DNA of 58,027 bases, the filler included, from Sluysia triapertura (lineage: Eukaryota), in the NCBI GenBank assembly GCA_046118255.1. It is 5 parts of 5 records of this genome, joined end to end, with 100 filler letters (N's around TTAATTAATTAA, not from the genome) between each part and the next. Parts side by side here need not be neighbours in the genome. Positions count along the whole stretch, not along the records: positions 46,881 to 58,027 come from JBJNIA010188266.1; 4 more parts are not named here. One strand, written 5' to 3'. The notes beneath the pieces are model-generated. The model searched no databases, was not told the DNA's origin, and saw only the letters and a list, made by a program, of their open reading frames with translations. Each line of letters opens with the position of its first letter. Positions within the stretch are counted from its first letter, which is position 1. The translations under genes were made by a program, and so were the position numbers. Shown piece by piece: positions 52,462 through 58,027 of this stretch.

Positions 52462-54114
52462 CGACGATTAAGAAGAGCTGCTAAAAAGGCACTAAAAAAA
52501 ATTCCACTAAAATTTTTAAGTAGTGATGATCCAGAAGTAGAAAATGAAAATTATAGATGTGCAATATGCATTGATGTTTTCAAAGTAAATGAAATTGTTC
52601 GTACACTACCATGCAAGTAAGATTGATGATTATAATGTAAAATATTTTGAATTTGAAATTAATTTGTATGTATTATATTATTTTATTGATTATTAATCCT
52701 TTGACTGGAATATGTGTGTAAAAGAAATATTTTTATTTACATTCAATAACGAAGAAGGAGGTTGTTTGACCATATTTGTTGACAGTTTATTAAATTATGT
52801 GAAAATGTTACATTAATAAATAAATTGGTTATTTTATTTCAGATGGTTTTGTTTCAAACATGCTTGTATTCTATAAACTATATTTAATTAACTTGTTGTG
52901 GTGCAGTAATTTTCTTAGAATGCTGGTAGCTTGGTTTAAGTTAATTTTAGAATGAATGTATGTCAATGAAATATATCCAGTGATACCGAATATTACATTT
53001 GAAAAATATGAAAATGCGAATTAAAAATTATCAAAAAATTTACGTGCTTTTAAAGAAGCGTGTGTGCAAAGCACAAAACAAAAATTTGAAATGCATTGTT
53101 AGGCACTGAAAATGCAGATAAATAACTTATCAAAATACAGACAATTAATAATACTAAAAAAACTGACTAATGTCAGTAAAACATTAACTAGGAAAGAAAT
53201 ATATTCAAATAACTGAAAACTAAGATTATAAAAACTTTTACCTCCACTACCTCAATATGATTTTAGTAATTTTGTCATTAGCCCCCAAAATTTCACTTTT
53301 ATCTGATACTCGCCCGCAGTTATGAAGTTTTACTATAAAAATTACGAAACAAATAAAAATCAATAACAGATGTGCCGAATATTTAGAATTTGTAAATATT
53401 CTAAAAATAGGTAAAAGATTTCCGATCATGAATCTATCCTATCTAACCATAAATTTATCTGTCTATTAATTATATTATATTATTTAGACACATTTTTCAT
53501 AAAGCCTGCATAGATTGTTGGTTACTGGGACAACGAAGTTGTCCAATGTGTAAACTAGATATACTTAAAGAATATGGATTCAATGAAATAACTGGTACTT
53601 TCCCAAACAATGATGACGACGACGACGACGATGAAAACAACGATTTAACTCGTCAATCCGCATCTGGTCATTTGAATAAGTTACGTGACGAATATTTCTA
53701 TATTTATAAACCGAATTGTGAGTCACCCACCAAACTGCATTATAATGAGGTTTTGCAATTATTAAAACACAGTTGCCGTCATGCTAAAAGATGCCGTGAT
53801 TGTCGACACAAACATAATATGAATGATAAAAGGTATAATATTAAGCTTTATTTTCATTTATATATTTTTTCGTTAAATATATTCTACAAATTAAAAGTAT
53901 TATAGTTTTACTAATTACGTAGTACAGGTAGTCATGTCACAAATTTATTCAACTATTTTAATTATTTTTTAATTCATTTTTAATATTTTCATGCATTTTT
54001 TAATTTTATTTATATTTTAATTATTATATAATTAGAGACGTACAATCCTTTTTTGTGCCACATCCGTATCATCAAAGAAGTTCACCAAAATTGATAATTG
54101 TGTTTAGCGTCTAG
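52462..54114 (+). CDS. PA-TM-RING (Goliath/RNF130/RNF150-like) E3 ligase, 3' exons 52462-52616, 53488-53832, 54036-54114
   Basis: [15 protein letters not shown]...[20 protein letters not shown]|[26 protein letters not shown] is a RING-H2 with the Goliath-family flanks. Introns are GT-AG and in phase. The last exon is less certain. Confidence 0.87.
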
Positions 54115-54332
54115 TTTGCCAAGTTGTGTCTGAAATGTGCTTAGTTGCACAACGCATAGAAATTGTTGAAATAATGATGGTATTAAATCTCACTATCATA
54201 AATTAAGTGACATAATCCTTCTACAGAAGTTGCTAGTCGCAATCGTATTACATGCCACACTTGGTGTGGTGTGACCCAACTCGTAATATATAATTTACAA
54301 TTACCTCTCAAGCACAAATTTACAATCTTTAA

Positions 54333-54477
54333 CGCTTTCAATACGACTTTTGGCCAGTGAAGATATTTGTGTATAATTGAACTAAATGTGCTGTAAAAAT
54401 AAGTAAAGGAACATGTTTAGGTTTTTAGAAAATATGTACATTCTCTGGAACTTATATATCCCCGCAGTATTGAAAGG
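54333..54477. mobile_element. piggyBac-like MITE
   Basis: TTAA|CGCTTTCAATAC...GTATTGAAAGG|TTAA. Confidence 0.58.
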
Positions 54478-55199
54478 TTAAATATATCACATGAAACTAT
54501 CAACAATAACATTCAACAATTCATCACAGAACACATCAAACTCAGCTTATTAATAACACACTTCGAAAATCACCAACATTATCTGATATTAAGCACTTCA
54601 ATTTGTGTTTTCAGTCATTTCTATTATTCAAGAATCACCTTTTACTTAACAAACAATTTCAACCAGAACAACTTAATTCATGATATTATTAAACTCTTCA
54701 TATCTATGATAAGTTTACTTTTTCAAACAAATCACAAGAATATCAAACAATTGTACACTTATTTCATAACTTTGACAATTTTAGATCGCACAGTCATTTC
54801 ACAAAGCTATCAATTATTACGTACCAAATTACCACATAATCTCACTATTTGTAATTGTTTCACATACTTCCTTTTTACTGTAAAACGTAGATATTATCAA
54901 AGCAACCCCCACGATTTATTCACTTAAATACCCTTGAACATCTCAATTTTAATACATTGTATTCATAAAAATATATTTTATTCACAAACCTCATTCATTC
55001 ATTTTTATCTTCAATTTTTAAGTTTTAATGACAATATCATGTTTATCACAAAAAAACAAAGTAAACAGTTTAAAAGAATACATTATAAAGCTTTAATGCA
55101 TTTTTTAATTAAACTGTTAGATGGAAATTTTAATACTGTTATTTACGCAAATGTCAAAAAATTATATTTTAATAGTGATAATAATAATAAATATATTAA

Positions 55200-55268
55200 C
55201 CCCTTAATGCACAATTTTTAAAAAAAACCGTGCACGCCCGTGTTAATACGTTTCTGCGCTTTAAGGGG
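55200..55268. mobile_element. 69-bp piggyBac-like MITE
   Basis: TTAA|CCCCTTAATGC...GCTTTAAGGGG|TTAA. Confidence 0.7.
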
Positions 55269-55315
55269 TTAATAAATATTATATAAATAAAAATGTTAAA
55301 CTATATATAATGTGG

Positions 55316-56555
55316 TGTTTCAATCGCACACTATAATATTGCTGTCAATCTTATACACAAATTCATACAAAGTCATAATTCAAGTCATACCTAATTTACG
55401 TATAAAACATTTTCTACATATCGCTAAATCAATTTACTTAATACAAGAATCTTACAATAAAATATATTTAAGTTATTAATCGCTAAAATTACCAGCAATT
55501 GTACACATTATATCAAATAAACGTCACACATTATTAATTCATTGTACTCAATACAATTCAGGAATCAAATTATAATAACCAAATATGTTAATATTATGCT
55601 TTTTTTGTTACACGAGTCCTCACGATCGTTTATCATTATCAGTTATCATTGATTTTTTTTAAGTTTTAGTTATGTATCAATCTTCAAGGCATAACACTTT
55701 TAGGACAATTTCAATTTATTGAACAATCAGGATTCCAAATTCCAAGTAATAAATTAATTCATCTCAATATTCGTAATACTAAATTATGTTTAGAAAATTT
55801 AGATTTATCAAACAAAATTTGTAAATTACGCAACAAAGTGTATTACGTACTGAATTTTCATGTTTCTTTTCAAAATTTTCAAACAAAAATGTGTGACGTT
55901 CCATGCACATTTGACAACAATTGTGAAACGTGTAATCACATGAGCAACACTATGAACTTCGGCAGTGCTCTATCTAAAAAATGAAAATTAGTGAAAATTT
56001 TAAATTTGAATATAAATGAATTAAAGACAAGAAGAGTATATTTTTATGATGTTTTGCAAGAAAAGACAAGTAATTTAATGAAACAAGCTTTTGGACGTTT
56101 CATAGTCTTGATTATAGAACATGATATGGTTTAAATTATTGAGCTTTAGTATAAACACGTTTGGTTGTATCGAAGAATGGCAACTAAATTGTTCATCATG
56201 GTGCAAGAGAATCGCTTAGAAAATATATTAAAACCTATATGTTTTGTCGCTGATTGCCAAAACTTAATTTTCTATGTTGGAAATGGTTTCTTACTCAATC
56301 AAATAAGCATTAGTATTTGTTATTTTATGACTGTCGTTTTATCCTGCCAATTCGTGTAATATATAAGGACCTTTCGTGTTTCTGTTGTTTGATTTATATG
56401 ATTAAATGTTTTAACAGTTCATGGGTTGAAATATTGTAAATCTTTTAATTTTAAATATAATTTTAATTTTTACGAAAGTTTTCATAAATTTAATAATGTT
56501 TATCACAAAGTATGTTTTATATACGAATTAATAAACAACCAATGATAAAAACATT
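55316..56555 (+). repeat. Dispersed repeat copy 2
   Basis: Shared blocks such as tgcacatttgacaacaatt and ttaatgaaacaagcttttggacg. Confidence 0.85.
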
Positions 56556-58027
56556 AAATACAAAACTATAATAGCTAGTACACACTTTGTCATCTTACAT
56601 ATGCAAATAATTAGCCAATATGAGAAGGCGAAAGTTTGTGTACCTATAAATAATTATGCAATATAAAAAATGATTAATATAACACAAAAAAATTGTGTAC
56701 TGCGCAATTGCTGGAATTATTTATTTAGTCATTTTTTATATTAGCTTCTTAAAAGTTTATCACTTCATCGTCATCATTTCTGAATAAAAGTTCAACAAAA
56801 TCTCAATCGAATATCTCATCAAATTAAGTAGAACCAATTAGGAGTTTATCGGAAGTATGCATTAATTCAGAGTTTTTACCTTTACCGGCTTCGTTAAATC
56901 ATCTGTTTGAGTCACCTTGACACTAACGGACAAATAAATTTTGGTCTATTCAGATGAAGGAATTCTTAAGATACAAGAACTGAAACATCTTAATTGTACT
57001 AATTTTATAACCATCGAGAAAAAGTAAAGTTGCATTGGTTGGTCCACCTACATTTCCTTTTAAATCAATATTGAGTGACTCAGAACCTTTCAAAGGCTTG
57101 AAACAAACTTTACCAAATATAGTTATTTAATTATTTCTTGGTAAAGATTCGTGTTTAATTTATTTTGGCCATTCTGGATCAGAAAAAGAAATGGCTCATG
57201 TTAAAGAAAATTTAAAAAAATTAATCCACTTAATACTAAAGGTGAGGATAAATTATTTTCCAGCTGCAACTGCATACTAATGAGGCATCAATAATCCCAC
57301 TTCAAAACGTTTTAGTTTATATAATTTTAATGGCAAATTTTATAATGAGAATCATTTTGTTTTCTTAAACGTATTTCCGCATAATCTACGTTTTTGTTTA
57401 TTTTAGGGATGCATCAAGTCGACGTTGACATTGTAAATGAAATTTGTATGAAATTGAACAATAATTTTAAAATGAATCTGATCTATTGTAAAAGAAAATC
57501 ATTTATCGTGTGATAATATCCGTTTATAATAATAGTCATAACTCTAAGTGCAACTTGTATGTATGTGGTGAACCAGATTCACCCAGTTGAATTCATTCAA
57601 AGTTATTTAAAAAAAGTTATTATATGTAATTTAACAACTTTAGCATTACGAACTGCGAAATGTATCTTATTAGTTATTCCTTTTATCAAATCATTACGGC
57701 TAATAATAGATTAAATAATTTCAGGTCACATTAAGTTCGATAGTAATAAAGTCAAAACGTTTCGTTTTGTAAACTTGGAACAATTCTACATTTACAAAAA
57801 TTAACTCTTTAGTGTGCATATTAGTCTGATGGCAAAGTTGGGCCTTATTTTTTCGAGAATTTTGTTACTCTGAGTTGGGAACTCTACATAACAAAAAATG
57901 ATTACCGATTTTATGGAACTAATTAGATTATTCGATATATTATAGGACATGTGTAGGGAACTCGTCATATGGTATTCACCATAATTCATCACATAATATT
58001 CACCATAACTCATCTCATATAGTTCAT

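Noticed and set aside
57965-58022. CRISPR-like array from short repeats (24-bp unit here, 26-bp at ~11750, 32-bp at 22441/22559)
   Set aside because: Only about two units each, no unique spacers, no cas genes, and a eukaryotic context.

Overview
Very AT-rich (roughly 22-25% GC by eye) spliceosomal-intron-containing animal genomic scaffold, made of five contigs joined by 100-nt N/TTAATTAATTAA/N gap spacers. Host genes: four exons of a TBCE (CAP-Gly + LRR) gene, three 3' exons of a Goliath/RNF130-150-type RING-H2 ligase, and a disrupted ZSWIM8/EBAX-1-like locus. Most of the rest is decayed mobile DNA: three Ty3/Gypsy gag/pol relics of one family, Tc1, mariner and pogo relics, and small TTAA-flanked piggyBac-like MITEs. 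Two things stand out. (1) A Gypsy LTR (followed by a tRNA-Lys PBS and gag) carries an embedded tRNA-like Pol III module, and a second copy of the module sits elsewhere in the window. (2) Many diverged fragments appear to belong to one large modular element: HSE-TATA promoters, conserved mini-introns and a micro-exon with a hairpin-enclosed splice donor, recurrent C-W-T-M-A pentaloop hairpins, an unrecognised Cys/His ORF family (at least four copies), and an antisense ORF just upstream of a PPT/3' LTR. All alignments were done by eye; no database searches were run.
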